From: Bacteriovoracaceae bacterium
GTDB lineage: Bacteria > Bdellovibrionota > UBA1018
DNA: 64,000 bases
Reading direction: 5' to 3'
Assembly (NCBI GenBank): GCA_947447665.1
Contig: CANFJX010000008.1
Span: 69,149-133,148, forward strand
Shown here piece by piece: positions 21,412 through 32,200 of the stretch. Both the position numbers and the translations under genes were made by a program. Numbering within the stretch: the first letter of the stretch is position 1; every line of letters starts with the position of its first letter. The notes beneath the pieces are model-generated. The model saw nothing but the letters and a program-made list of their open reading frames with translations. It ran no database searches and was not told the DNA's origin.

Positions 21412-21600
21412 GGTGCAGACCCCCTTCTTAGCTCTTTACAAATACTCTGAGTCACTTGCAGTTGTCCAGAAATTGCCGAAAAGGCAGACTAATTCAGAAT
21501 CATCCCAATTCTCGCTAGGAAGGGCGAAGCAATGCGTGTTAAATTGCAAGTAATTTGCCCCAAAAATTTGAACAAATCTAAATCTTACTGAGGCTATTTC

Positions 21601-22575
21601 GTGAGCACCAAAAACACTGAAAATCTGACAGCTCGAAAAAATGCTTGGATCATTACTCCAGCCTTCAATGAGGCGGAAAACATACAACAATTTTTGATTG
21701 ATCTGCATGGGAGCCTGGGCTCAGTGACTGATCAATATAAATTTACACTAGCGGTGATCGATGATGGATCAAGGGACCACACTCGACAAAAAGTTATCGA
21801 GAGTCGAAGCCTATTTGATGAGCAGTATTTTGATGTGAGATGTTTTTCGCTGATCCGCAACTTTGGTCACCAAGCTGCACTGACCTGTGGATTAATAGAA
21901 GCTCAAGATCATCATGCCGACGTGGTAGTAACTATGGATGCGGATGGAGAACATCCCCCTTCCATAATCTTAAAGCTACTAGAATTATGGAGCCAGGGAA
22001 TACCCATCGTCCACACTGTTCGCAATGAAGCTACTCATCTTCCCTATTTTAAAAGAGTTACCAGTCAATTGTTTTATTTTTTGATGAGACTCGGAGGCCT
22101 CAATATTAAACCAGGGATGGCCGACTTTAAAGCCTGGGATGGCATACTACTCAAACAGGTGGCATCTTTTCTTCCAAACTGCGGTTCTATCCGATTATTT
22201 TCGGTCTGGGTCTATTCGGACGGTCCACTGGTTTCATTTGACCAAGTATTTCGAGAAGGAAGAAAAAGTCGCTTTACTCTCAAAAAGATGGCTTCCTTAG
22301 CCACGAGAGGCTTTTTCTCATATACGGATCTACCCCTGCGGATGAGCACACTGATTGGTGGATGTACTTTATTTTTCTGCCTATTTTTTTCAATTTTCAG
22401 TTTAGTCGCATTCTCGATTGGTAAAACCCTCCCCGGATGGACGAGCGTTGTCATCCTCATTAGCTTTTTATCCGGGGTGCAAATTTTTTCGATCGGTTTA
22501 ATCGGCGAGTACCTGATTCAAAAAGTCTTCCGTTCCAATTTACCACTTTTCATCTTAAATAGAAAAAAAAGATAA
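21601..22575 (+). CDS. GT2 polyprenol-phosphate glycosyltransferase (GtrB/ArnC-like)
   Basis: PAFNE, DDGSRD, RNFGHQAA, MDADGEHPP; two C-terminal TMs with PGWTS and GLIGEY. Confidence 0.88.
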   Translation: MSTKNTENLTARKNAWIITPAFNEAENIQQFLIDLHGSLGSVTDQYKFTLAVIDDGSRDHTRQKVIESRSLFDEQYFDVRCFSLIRNFGHQAALTCGLIEAQDHHADVVVTMDADGEHPPSIILKLLELWSQGIPIVHTVRNEATHLPYFKRVTSQLFYFLMRLGGLNIKPGMADFKAWDGILLKQVASFLPNCGSIRLFSVWVYSDGPLVSFDQVFREGRKSRFTLKKMASLATRGFFSYTDLPLRMSTLIGGCTLFFCLFFSIFSLVAFSIGKTLPGWTSVVILISFLSGVQIFSIGLIGEYLIQKVFRSNLPLFILNRKKR

Positions 22576-22582
22576 AATTAAC

Positions 22583-23458
22583 CTAAGGTTCTCGGTTAGC
22601 AATAACTATCTGAATATCATAGAGATTCAAATAAACCGACAATCGAAATAATGGCTTCAAAAACTTTCGTTTTGATTTAATCCTCGGAAAAATCGCAGCT
22701 ACATACTCGGCCAATGAGCGAGAATACCCGAAAAACGAATGCCTCAAAATTTTAAAGCCACGATTTTTAAAAAATAAATTAAAACTCAGGCGTGTTGGGT
22801 AACAAAGATGAGTAGGCGGGTGGAATTGCCGCCATTTCGCTCTCCTTAGCCAAGCCGTCAGACTATCTACTTGAACTGTAGTGAGTGCAACTGCTGCAGT
22901 TTTTTCCGCGTATCGCATAATTTGATCAAAGACTTGAGCAGGATTTTCCAGGTGCTCCCAAACATCCCAAGCCACAATTAAATCTGGCTTAAATTGCATT
23001 ATTTTTTGGCTAAGCTCAGGATCACTAGGACTCAGGACCGAGATTTTCTTTTTATGACAAATATCTCGACAATATCCAGAAATTTCAATGCCCAAGAGTT
23101 TAGTCGCACCCTTTTCACGACACAACTCCAAGAAGTCCCCTGACGCAGTTCCAATTTCTAAAATCTTGAACTCACTCATCGTTTTTTTCAGAGTACGCTC
23201 CAGCAAAGCTATTTTGCGTGCGAAATTCTTGCGATTTACATTTCTGGAATCGAGGTACCCTAAATACTCTGTGCCTTCGAAGTAATTTTCTTGATAATGA
23301 TCTGCAAGGGAAACACCCGAATTAATTGGATAAACGAAGGCCTGACATTTTTGACACTGGCGCGTTTTCGGAAACCAGGCGCTGCCATCTGAAAAATGAG
23401 CTTCCTGACCACAATTGTTACAGAATACAAGCTGACTTGCTAACATCGAAGCCTTCAT
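22583..23458 (-). CDS. Class I SAM-dependent methyltransferase with N-terminal Zn motif
   Basis: CNNC..CQKC, LEIGTASG, WDVWEHL, PPTHL. Confidence 0.8.
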   Translation of the reverse strand: MKASMLASQLVFCNNCGQEAHFSDGSAWFPKTRQCQKCQAFVYPINSGVSLADHYQENYFEGTEYLGYLDSRNVNRKNFARKIALLERTLKKTMSEFKILEIGTASGDFLELCREKGATKLLGIEISGYCRDICHKKKISVLSPSDPELSQKIMQFKPDLIVAWDVWEHLENPAQVFDQIMRYAEKTAAVALTTVQVDSLTAWLRRAKWRQFHPPTHLCYPTRLSFNLFFKNRGFKILRHSFFGYSRSLAEYVAAIFPRIKSKRKFLKPLFRLSVYLNLYDIQIVIANREP

Positions 23459-23642
23459 TTTTAAGCCTTTTGATACTTTCTAAGCTTTGGATCCTAGCAC
23501 TCCTTATATTCCATTAAAATGGGGAAATTTGAGATTGCAAATTTGTCACATTTTTAGATATTTTCTCTCACTAAAAACGTCATTGCCGGCTCGGACAACC
23601 TAAAAAACGGGAGTCGAACCATGCTATGTATGAGAGATCACC

Positions 23643-25358
23643 ATGACCAAATTGTTTCGCTGGTTCAAAACTTCGCTGTTGCTTAGAAATCAAATTATTG
23701 CCTTTTTTCTTTGTGCATTTCTAGCCCTGACTGCAACCCTACCAGCGTTTGAGACTGCCCTGAGATCTGAAGGAAGACTGTATTACCAAGCCACGGGAGA
23801 TCAGTCTTTTTACCTGTGGGCTATCGAGCGGGCTGAACACTCAAGCAGCTATTCTGAGTTTATTCATCAGTGTGACTGGAATCAGGCCGGATGCATCCAT
23901 CTCCAGTTTATGCCTCATGAGTGGAGGTCATTCTACTTTTTTGGGAGAGCCGGTGCCTATTTCCATTTAAGTTCTGAGGATATTGTGAAAATCACTCACC
24001 TCGCTCACCTCACCCTGAATACGATTTCTGGCTCTGCTCTCGTGACAGCTATCACCGGGGTACCTCTGCTAGCGGCTCCGCTCGGGTTATTAGTAGGGAT
24101 GCATCCATCTATTCTCGGTCGCTTGGGAGGGCACTTTCCACTGGTGGGGATTTGGCCTCTTTTTTTATTTGCCAGCATTTGTGTCGGGCTAGGGATAATC
24201 GCAGCCAAGGAATCGGATCGAAAAAAAACACAATGGTTAGCCTTGACCTGGACAGCTGCGATCGGGGCATTTCATTTGGTCGCTTTTTTTTCCTTCTACT
24301 ATTTAATGTTCGCAGCCGTAGTGGCACCGTTCTTTTTCCTGATTGGAGTTTGGACTGGCGGGCGAGATCTCAAGACCGCTTGGAAAAATTGGAAAAATAC
24401 AGTGCTTTCCAGAAATTTCCTACTTTTCTTTGCGCTGACATCGTTGATCGGTATTGGCATACTTTATCGCTCTTTCGGTTATGTGATCCTAGGCCAGGAT
24501 GGAATTAAAAATAGCGAAACAGCAAACCGCTCCATTTCCGATGTTCGACTCTATAGTGCAAACATAATGGACTACTTCAATGAAGGATTGAGAAGGGCCT
24601 GGAGCGCTTTGGGGCTTCCCGGAGGGAATAAAATCTTCGCTACGAGTAACCGGGGAGAAGGAGTGTCCTACATGGGGGACACTTTGATGTTTCTTTGTTT
24701 TATGACTCTGTTTTTAAGAATTAAACGAGCACGGAGACTCAACCACTTGGAGAGGTCCTGGTTTTTTGGCGCCCTTTTAATTGGCTTTTGGAGCACCCAA
24801 TGGGGAGGGTTGGTAGTACATGCGTTAATTAGCAGCGCACGATGCTTTGCCCGCCTGACTCCTTTAGTCATGCTTACTTTGGCGGTCTCAATCGGTTTAG
24901 TTTTAAAAGAATGGATAAGCTCGCTCAAAAATCCTCGGGCGACCGGAGTTCTTGTTTGTGCTCTGATCTCAATAAGTGCGGTTCATGAGATTTCTCAATC
25001 GGGACACCTCCAAGGAATCCGTCAAATGAACCTCAGCGACGATCCTAACTATACTTTAACTTGGAATAAATTAAGAGAGCACTGCAAAAATCATCCTAAG
25101 GCGTGGGTTGAGCTAAATCCTGCCGTCAATGATGTTTTGGCTGGTCCGTATATGCTTTATTTTTTGGCTGAGAATTCTGGCTGTCGCCTATTTCCAATCA
25201 AAACCCCGGGGATCAGCCTGCCGCCAAATAAAACTCCAGAGACAGGAAAAAGTGCCATTTCAGTAAATTGGGATGACAGGAATTACACTCTCCCTCTCTA
25301 TAGCGTTGAGTTGTTAACAGATTTTTCGCCAACAATGCCATCGACTCTTGACTTGTGA
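23643..25358 (+). CDS. Polytopic membrane protein, probable GT-C glycosyltransferase
   Basis: About 11-13 TM segments; GD motif after TM1; EG..YMG; R.FAR pattern. Confidence 0.55.
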   Translation: MTKLFRWFKTSLLLRNQIIAFFLCAFLALTATLPAFETALRSEGRLYYQATGDQSFYLWAIERAEHSSSYSEFIHQCDWNQAGCIHLQFMPHEWRSFYFFGRAGAYFHLSSEDIVKITHLAHLTLNTISGSALVTAITGVPLLAAPLGLLVGMHPSILGRLGGHFPLVGIWPLFLFASICVGLGIIAAKESDRKKTQWLALTWTAAIGAFHLVAFFSFYYLMFAAVVAPFFFLIGVWTGGRDLKTAWKNWKNTVLSRNFLLFFALTSLIGIGILYRSFGYVILGQDGIKNSETANRSISDVRLYSANIMDYFNEGLRRAWSALGLPGGNKIFATSNRGEGVSYMGDTLMFLCFMTLFLRIKRARRLNHLERSWFFGALLIGFWSTQWGGLVVHALISSARCFARLTPLVMLTLAVSIGLVLKEWISSLKNPRATGVLVCALISISAVHEISQSGHLQGIRQMNLSDDPNYTLTWNKLREHCKNHPKAWVELNPAVNDVLAGPYMLYFLAENSGCRLFPIKTPGISLPPNKTPETGKSAISVNWDDRNYTLPLYSVELLTDFSPTMPSTLDL

Positions 25359-25364
25359 ACTCAA

Positions 25365-25727
25365 TCAACCTTTCGATTGAATCCCCTCTTTAGCAAGCGC
25401 CTGGCGAATCATTTCCCGCCGATCTCCCTGGATCTCAATCACCCCATCCTGGCCGTCCATCAAGTAGGTGCCACCCGAGCCGCATTTCTTTTTTAAAAGA
25501 GTCGTCAGGTTTTTTAGAAAAAGCTCGTTCTTAGGAAGTCGATCAATGACTGTGACAATCTTTCCACCCCTCCCCGCCTTTTCAATCCGCAGGATAGCAA
25601 TAAACCGATAGGTCTTTACGTCCACATCCGCAACGCAAATACATTCGGAGACTAACTCTTTACATTTAGCGCACTTTTTATTGAGGGCGGGATCGGTGGA
25701 ATATACAAGGCGGGTGTCCTTTGCCAT
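25365..25727 (-). CDS. yciH: SUI1/YciH family translation initiation factor
   Basis: RLVYST, EKAGRGGKIVTVI, LKKKCGSGGT, IEIQGD. Confidence 0.9.
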   Translation of the reverse strand: MAKDTRLVYSTDPALNKKCAKCKELVSECICVADVDVKTYRFIAILRIEKAGRGGKIVTVIDRLPKNELFLKNLTTLLKKKCGSGGTYLMDGQDGVIEIQGDRREMIRQALAKEGIQSKG

Positions 25728-25769
25728 AGTTTCTCAGCATTATCTTATCTCTACGGCCTAAGCTACGTC

Positions 25770-26378
25770 TTAAGTGATCCAAGCAAACACTTTAGCAGGG
25801 GCTCTCTCGGTTTCAGGTACTGAATGGGCAGAATACCCCACGACAATCGGCAACACCGGATGATAGCCCGCCGGTATCGAGAGCCGCTCCTTCCATTGAG
25901 GCTGACATAAAACGTCGCGGGCAAAGCCAACGGAGCAAGTCGCAAGCCCCATCTCATGTGCTTCAAGCATCAGATTCTCTGCTGCGAGGTAACAGTCCCC
26001 CACTGGCGAAAAACCTACCTCTTCTTTTGCGCAAATCACAATCAACGTGTTTGCTCCATAAAAAATATCAAAACCTGGATCATCCAAAGGGAGATGACCG
26101 AACTCCTTATGATGCGACTCATCCGAGATCTGCAGGAGATGATCCTTTGCTGCATCGGAAATTTGCTTCAGTAAAGCCGGACGCTGAATAACTACAAACG
26201 CCCAGGGCTGACGGTTCATGGCGCTCGGGGCGTGGATAGCCGCATCGATGAGAGTATGAACTTGCTTCTCGGTAACGGCCTGAGCAACATACTGACGGGT
26301 AGAACGCCGATAGTGAATTGCATCGTGAACACTCATAATCGGTTCGGCTAGATTGAGCTTCCTGGTTGATTGATTCAT
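25770..26378 (-). CDS. Nitroreductase family protein
   Basis: RRSTRQY, APSAMNRQPW, AAENLML..GLATC. Confidence 0.9.
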   Translation of the reverse strand: MNQSTRKLNLAEPIMSVHDAIHYRRSTRQYVAQAVTEKQVHTLIDAAIHAPSAMNRQPWAFVVIQRPALLKQISDAAKDHLLQISDESHHKEFGHLPLDDPGFDIFYGANTLIVICAKEEVGFSPVGDCYLAAENLMLEAHEMGLATCSVGFARDVLCQPQWKERLSIPAGYHPVLPIVVGYSAHSVPETERAPAKVFAWIT

Positions 26379-26400
26379 AAACCCTCCTTTTTTATTTTAG

Positions 26401-26416
26401 AGCAGGGTTTGTGCCA
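26401..26416 (-). promoter_or_regulatory. Putative sigma-54 promoter of the nitroreductase
   Basis: TGGCACAAACCCTGCT on minus strand, followed by AGGAGG RBS. Confidence 0.65.
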
Positions 26417-26448
26417 TCTGTGTCGAGCTCAGGAGCTGCCCAGGACGG

Positions 26449-27711
26449 TCAAAAATTAATACTCTTCTCGGGACGAGCTAAACTCTCCAGACGCTCGAGT
26501 TTTAGCCTCATCTCCTCGGGGATATGAGTGCCTGAACTTCCGGTATAACCCTCATAGGTGCTTTGCTCATAACGACGATAGCAGGTCTCGGCAGTGGGAG
26601 AATGGGGGATTTTTTGGATGCAGGCTTCATAGTAAATCTCATGAAGATCATCCAAATGAAGAGGCCGAAGGATATCATAACACATGCCAGCCAGAAAGAG
26701 GGCATCTTGGGAAAACCGTCCGTCAGGGGCTGTTTGCATTAACTCATGAAGAACTGCAGTCGCACGCAGGTACAAGACATCTGCAGAATGGTCCATCGGA
26801 TATTTTTGCAACTCCCGAGCCTGAGCAATGAGTTGCATCGCCTCAACATGGAGTCCTGCCTCAGTCAGGGCTCGCCTTGGAATTTCCTCGCGCCACTTAA
26901 CGATGGACACCTTCCACTGAGCGGCATCCTGCTTAAGGAAATAAGGAGCTTTTTTAGAAGCGATCACTCGCTCCACCAGGGCCTGCGCTTGGTCGGGATC
27001 TTTTTTAACTCGGACCGCGATCGCTAGTCCAGATCGAATAGCCTGCTCCCATTCGAGCGGGCGCTGAATCGGGGCAGAGGGATCATCCACTACCTTAAGA
27101 AAGGTATCGAGCGCTCGGTCGTACTGCCGAGTGGCCGCATAAAATCTGCCCTGCTCGAGCGCATCGAGTCCTTTGGACACAGGCTCCAAGGGAAGCGAAG
27201 CAAAACTAGGCCCGGAATTATTTCGGGTATGACAGGCAATGCAATAGCTCGATACTTGATTCAAAATACCGCGAGCATAAGCCCGATTCCCAGACTTAAG
27301 TGCCCAATAGGCCCTTTTTGTCTCATCTTGAAAAAGTCCGGAAACCATTTTGATGGTTGGATCTGCGTCTGGAGAGAGCCCTTTTTCGCTCATCTCATGA
27401 GCACGGTCCATGAGCTTTTTGGTATTTTTCTCAATCCGACTGTGATTCGCAGGTGCATTAAATCGCTGCTCACTGCTGGCGTCCGTCGTGAGTTCTACGA
27501 GGGCCCTGTAGAGATCCTGCATTTTTTCTCGCCATTTGGACTCATTCTTGTGACTCTTTTGTTCACCCGCTTGCGGACTAGCCTGGGCACTTGGCTGAGA
27601 TTTAGACGACTTGACCGTTTCAGCGATACCGAGCGACTGCCCTTCGATCAAGACCAATCCTGATAGAACTCCAAAAACTAAAATTCCATAGATATTTTTC
27701 ATCCGCATCAC
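26449..27711 (-). CDS. Secreted mono-heme c-type cytochrome-like protein with TPR-like helices
   Basis: Signal peptide; single CxxCH (YCIACH); helical repeats downstream. Confidence 0.6.
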   Translation of the reverse strand: MMRMKNIYGILVFGVLSGLVLIEGQSLGIAETVKSSKSQPSAQASPQAGEQKSHKNESKWREKMQDLYRALVELTTDASSEQRFNAPANHSRIEKNTKKLMDRAHEMSEKGLSPDADPTIKMVSGLFQDETKRAYWALKSGNRAYARGILNQVSSYCIACHTRNNSGPSFASLPLEPVSKGLDALEQGRFYAATRQYDRALDTFLKVVDDPSAPIQRPLEWEQAIRSGLAIAVRVKKDPDQAQALVERVIASKKAPYFLKQDAAQWKVSIVKWREEIPRRALTEAGLHVEAMQLIAQARELQKYPMDHSADVLYLRATAVLHELMQTAPDGRFSQDALFLAGMCYDILRPLHLDDLHEIYYEACIQKIPHSPTAETCYRRYEQSTYEGYTGSSGTHIPEEMRLKLERLESLARPEKSINF

Positions 27712-27816
27712 CCCGGTGAATTACAATGATAGATCTCATTCATTCAGTCAATCATGTTTCTCACTTCTTGCCCTAAGTCTTGAATTTTTTTTTCATCACC
27801 GGTAGGGTGAGAGTCT

Positions 27817-28842
27817 ATGATGATTCGATTTTTCTGTTACTTCATCACCTTTTTATTGAGTCATCCACTGATTCATCCAGGAGTCGCCATGGGAGATACC
27901 CCAACCTACAAAAAGCCTTCCGCATCTGAACTTCGAACTCGCCTCACGCCTGAACAATATCGATGTACCCAAGAAGAAGGCACGGAACGCCCATTCGCCA
28001 ATGCTTACTGGAACCAGCATGAAGATGGGATCTACGTCGATGTCGTCAGCGGAGAACCTCTATTCAGTTCTTTAGACAAGTACGACTCAGGTACGGGGTG
28101 GCCTAGCTTTTTTAAACCCATCTCCCCCAGTGTTGTGAGAGAAAAGCCAGATCATCAACTCGGAGCAGAGCGTACCGAAATCCGCTCAACTACAGCTGAC
28201 TCCCACCTTGGACATGTCTTTGACGATGGCCCCCTACCCTCGGGCCGCAGGTATTGCACCAACTCAGCGGCGCTCAAGTTCGTCCCCCTCAAAGACATGA
28301 AAAGCCAAGGCTACGGACAGTTCCTATTTTTATTTACCAAGAAGGAAGGCTGGCAAACCGCCACGCTTGCAGGCGGATGCTTCTGGGGGATGGAGCACTT
28401 ATTTGGCGAACTTCCCGGGATCATCGAGACCCAAGTTGGTTATGCCGGCGGAAAAACCTCAAAGGCCACCTATGAGGATGTTAAAACAGGAAATACGGGA
28501 CATGCAGAGGCCCTGCAAATCCTCTTTGACCCCAAGAAGATCCAGTACGAAGACATTCTCCTTCGTTTTTTTAAGATTCATGACCCGACTACTCTCAATC
28601 GACAAGGAAATGACGTCGGGAGCCAGTATCGCTCAGCGATCCTGTATCAAAACGCTGAGCAGAAGGTGATTGCCGAGAAAGTTAAAAAACGGGTCGATCA
28701 ATCTGGAAAATGGGGAAAGCCGATCCGCACCGAGATCGTACCCGACACGACATTTATTCGAGCAGAGGAATATCACCAAAAGTACTTGGTCAAACATCGT
28801 GATGGGTACACCTGTCATTATGTTCGTAAAATAGACTTCTAG
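27817..28842 (+). CDS. msrAB: Bifunctional methionine sulfoxide reductase, MsrB-MsrA fusion, with signal-like leader
   Basis: [23 protein letters not shown] (MsrB); [22 protein letters not shown] (MsrA). Confidence 0.95.
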   Translation: MMIRFFCYFITFLLSHPLIHPGVAMGDTPTYKKPSASELRTRLTPEQYRCTQEEGTERPFANAYWNQHEDGIYVDVVSGEPLFSSLDKYDSGTGWPSFFKPISPSVVREKPDHQLGAERTEIRSTTADSHLGHVFDDGPLPSGRRYCTNSAALKFVPLKDMKSQGYGQFLFLFTKKEGWQTATLAGGCFWGMEHLFGELPGIIETQVGYAGGKTSKATYEDVKTGNTGHAEALQILFDPKKIQYEDILLRFFKIHDPTTLNRQGNDVGSQYRSAILYQNAEQKVIAEKVKKRVDQSGKWGKPIRTEIVPDTTFIRAEEYHQKYLVKHRDGYTCHYVRKIDF

Positions 28843-28869
28843 CCAAGCCAGGCGTTAGCCCTGGCTTGG
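28843..28869 (+). terminator. Hairpin downstream of msrAB
   Basis: CCAAGCCAGG / CCTGGCTTGG 10-bp stem; weak U-tract. Confidence 0.4.
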
Positions 28870-28890
28870 GACTTGCTCTTCATATCCGTC

Positions 28891-29226
28891 ATGAATACAG
28901 GATTTAAGCAGTTCCTATTGCGCGGGAATGTCATCGATTTGGCCGTAGCCGTCGTGGTGGGGGGAGCATTTGGGACGGTCGTCTCAGCTCTCGTCAAAGA
29001 TCTGCTCACTCCGTTGATTGCAGCAATCGGCGGGCAGCCTGATTTCTCAGCCCTTGCCTTTACCATTCGAGGAAGCCGATTTGCTTATGGCGACTTCATC
29101 AATGCAATTCTCTCCTTCTTGATTGTTTCGGCTGTGGTTTATTACCTGGTCATACTCCCTATCAACCTCGTGGTCGAACGATCTAAAAAGGACGCCTCAG
29201 TATCGAAAATTCGTACCGGATCCTAA
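28891..29226 (+). CDS. mscL: Large-conductance mechanosensitive channel
   Basis: FKQFLLRGNVIDLAVAVVVGGAF; YGDFINA. Confidence 0.92.
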   Translation: MNTGFKQFLLRGNVIDLAVAVVVGGAFGTVVSALVKDLLTPLIAAIGGQPDFSALAFTIRGSRFAYGDFINAILSFLIVSAVVYYLVILPINLVVERSKKDASVSKIRTGS

Positions 29227-29295
29227 CATCTTCCTAGCAGGCGAAAAAGAGGATTTCGCACCCGCACGGTGTTGTGATATACGACTCACTCAATC

Positions 29296-32200
29296 ATGGC
29301 TAAAGTGACGAAAAAACGAACTCTACGCACGTTTCCGATCGTCGGCATGGGTGCATCAGCCGGAGGGTTAGAGGCCATCTCTCAGGTTCTGGCCGAACTC
29401 CCTGCCAATCTCAAATTAGCGATCATCGTGGTCCAACACCTCGACCCCACTCACAAGAGTCTCCTGGTCAAGATCCTCTCCAAAATCTCTAAACTCCCGG
29501 TTTTGGAAGTCAAAGATGGCATCCCTTTAGAAGCTGGAAAAGTTTACGTCGCCCCCCCTCATACTCAGGTGAGGCTGAACCATGGAGTTTTGAACCTTTT
29601 AGCGTCAGAGCTGAAGCAGAAACCCTCATCGACCATCGATTACTTTTTTCAATCCTTAGCCAGAGATCATAAATCTAAAAGTGTCGGGATTATACTCTCA
29701 GGAAACGGATCAGATGGCACTCTCGGACTCAAGGAGATTCGAACCCATCGAGGACTCACCCTCGCTCAGGATCCCACCACTGCCCAGCACCAAGAAATGT
29801 CCCAAAGCGCCATTGAAGCTGGCATGGCAGATCTTATTTTGAGCCCGCAAAAAATCGGAAGGAAACTCGTCGAGATCGCTCAACTTCAAGGCCTGAAGCT
29901 GCCGCAAAAAATCACACCCGCCTTAAAACCCAAGACCCCCCCCCAAGAAGCGTCAGATCTCGATGCAATTTTTTCTCTTTTAAAGAGTCAATTTCAGGCT
30001 GACTTTTCTCACTACAAACAGACCACTCTGAGGCGGCGGATTGAACGCCGGATGGCGATCCAAAAAAAGGAAACCATGAAGGAGTACCTTCAATTCCTTC
30101 AATCACAGCCCCAAGAACTCAAGAAGCTCTTTGATGATTTATTGATCCGGGTAACTGAATTTTTCCGTGATCCTAGGTCTTTTGAAGCCCTGAAGCAGAA
30201 AGTCCTTTCAAAAATTGTTAAAAACAAGGCTCCGGGTACCCCCATTCGAGTCTGGATCCTGGGATGCGCTACCGGCGAAGAAGCCTACTCAGTGACAATG
30301 AGCCTGGTCGAGACATTAGAAGAATTAGGAAAAAAGGCTCCCATCCAAATCTTTGCAACCGACCTGAGTGAAGCCGCAATCCAAAAAGCGCGGGCTGGCA
30401 TCTATCCCCCAAGCATTCGTAAAAACGTCTCCGAAGAACGCCTCAGCCGTTTTTTCACACTCCACGAACAGAGCTATAAAGTTAAAAAGGAAATCCGAGA
30501 GATTTGCCTTTTTTCGCGGCATGACGTGACGCTGGATCCCCCTTTTGTGAGACTTGACTTGATCTGTTGCCGAAATCTTCTCATCTATTTTGATTCTGAT
30601 CTCCAAAAGCGAATTCTCCCACTCCTCCTCTACGCCTTAAATCCGAAGGGATTTCTCTGGCTCGGTCGCTCCGAGTCCGTGGGTCGGCTCGCCCCCTTGT
30701 TTCGAGTAGCAGACAAGACTCATCGTTTTTACTTCAGAGATAAAGATCAAGTCGTTCCTCGCTTAGAATTCCCCACTCGGACACTTTGGGCGGGAAAACA
30801 TGAACTCAGCACGAGCCGTCCGGCGGGCTCATCCTGGGATGAATCCCGAATCCAGCAGAATGTGGAAGAACTTCTTCTGACCGAATATGCCCCTCCTGGG
30901 GTCGTCATTAACAGTCGAAATGAAATAATTATGGCAAGGGGGAACACCTCCCCTTACTTGCAGCTCCCCTCGGGCACTGCGAGCTTGAATTTATTTAAAA
31001 TGGCGAGGCTTGAGCTCATATCAGAACTCCGCATGGCTATTCAGGCGGCAAAAAAGAAAGGCTCGCCGATCAGAAAAAAGGGAATCGCCCTGGTCGACGG
31101 CGAACGGAAGAAATTCGTCACCCTCTCGATTTTTCCTTTCGCTCAAAAGGAGAAACCTCAAAAACAAGAATTCCTGGTCCTGTTTGAAAAAATTGGAACC
31201 GCCGAAACTCTCATCACAAAAAAAGAAGGGAAATTCAAACTCAGCAGTGCTTTAACCCTTTTTAAAAATAGCCGAATTCGGGAGCTCGAAGAGGAGCTCG
31301 CCGAAGCAAAAACTTATCAACAAACGGTGAGTGACGACTTCGAAGCCAACCAAGAGGAAATCACCTCCACCAACGAGGAACTCCAAAGTGCCAACGAGGA
31401 GCTCCAATCCACGATCGAAGAGTTGGAAACCGCCAAAGAGGAGCTTCAATCGACCAACGAAGAGGTCTCCTCGATCAACGAGGAGCTGCGGAACCGAAAC
31501 TCCGAACTACTTGAACTCAGTAATGACCTGGCCAACCTATTCGGAAACGTAGATCTACCCATAGTGATGGTCGGTCCAGATGGACGCGTCCGTCGGTTCA
31601 CTCCGAGGGCAAGCCAGTATTTTAACCTCATCCCGACTGACATTGGCCGACCCATTGGCGATGTCAAACCTAACTTTCAGGGCCCTGAACTTAGCCAACT
31701 CGTGACACAAGTCACCGAAGCCTTAACCCCCCAAGAACATGAGATCAGAAATAGTGAAGGCCGTTGGTTCAGGCTTCAAGTACGACCCTACAAAACCGCG
31801 GACCATCGAATCGAAGGTGCTGTCATCTCTCTCATCGACATCACCGCCCTTAAGCAAACTCTGATTGAGAGCCAAACCGCCCTCAGGTACGCCGCATCCG
31901 TCGCGGACACATTCCCGCTACCCCTAGTCGTTCTGGATGAGTCGCTTCGAATTCTCTCAGTCAATCAAGAGTTTTCCCGAGCCTTTGATTTCGATCCAAA
32001 TCAGGAACTCGGATCAGATTTTCTCACGACCATTGGTGATGGGGCTCAGCGCATCCCGGATCTGATCGATCGACTTAAAGAAGTACTTGCAGCCGACAAA
32101 CCACTCTCGCACTTCGAGGTGACCTATGACTTTTTCAAGCAAGGCCGCCGGGTCATCCTCTTTAGTGCCCAGCAGATTCGTTGGCAAGACCCGCTCCCTA

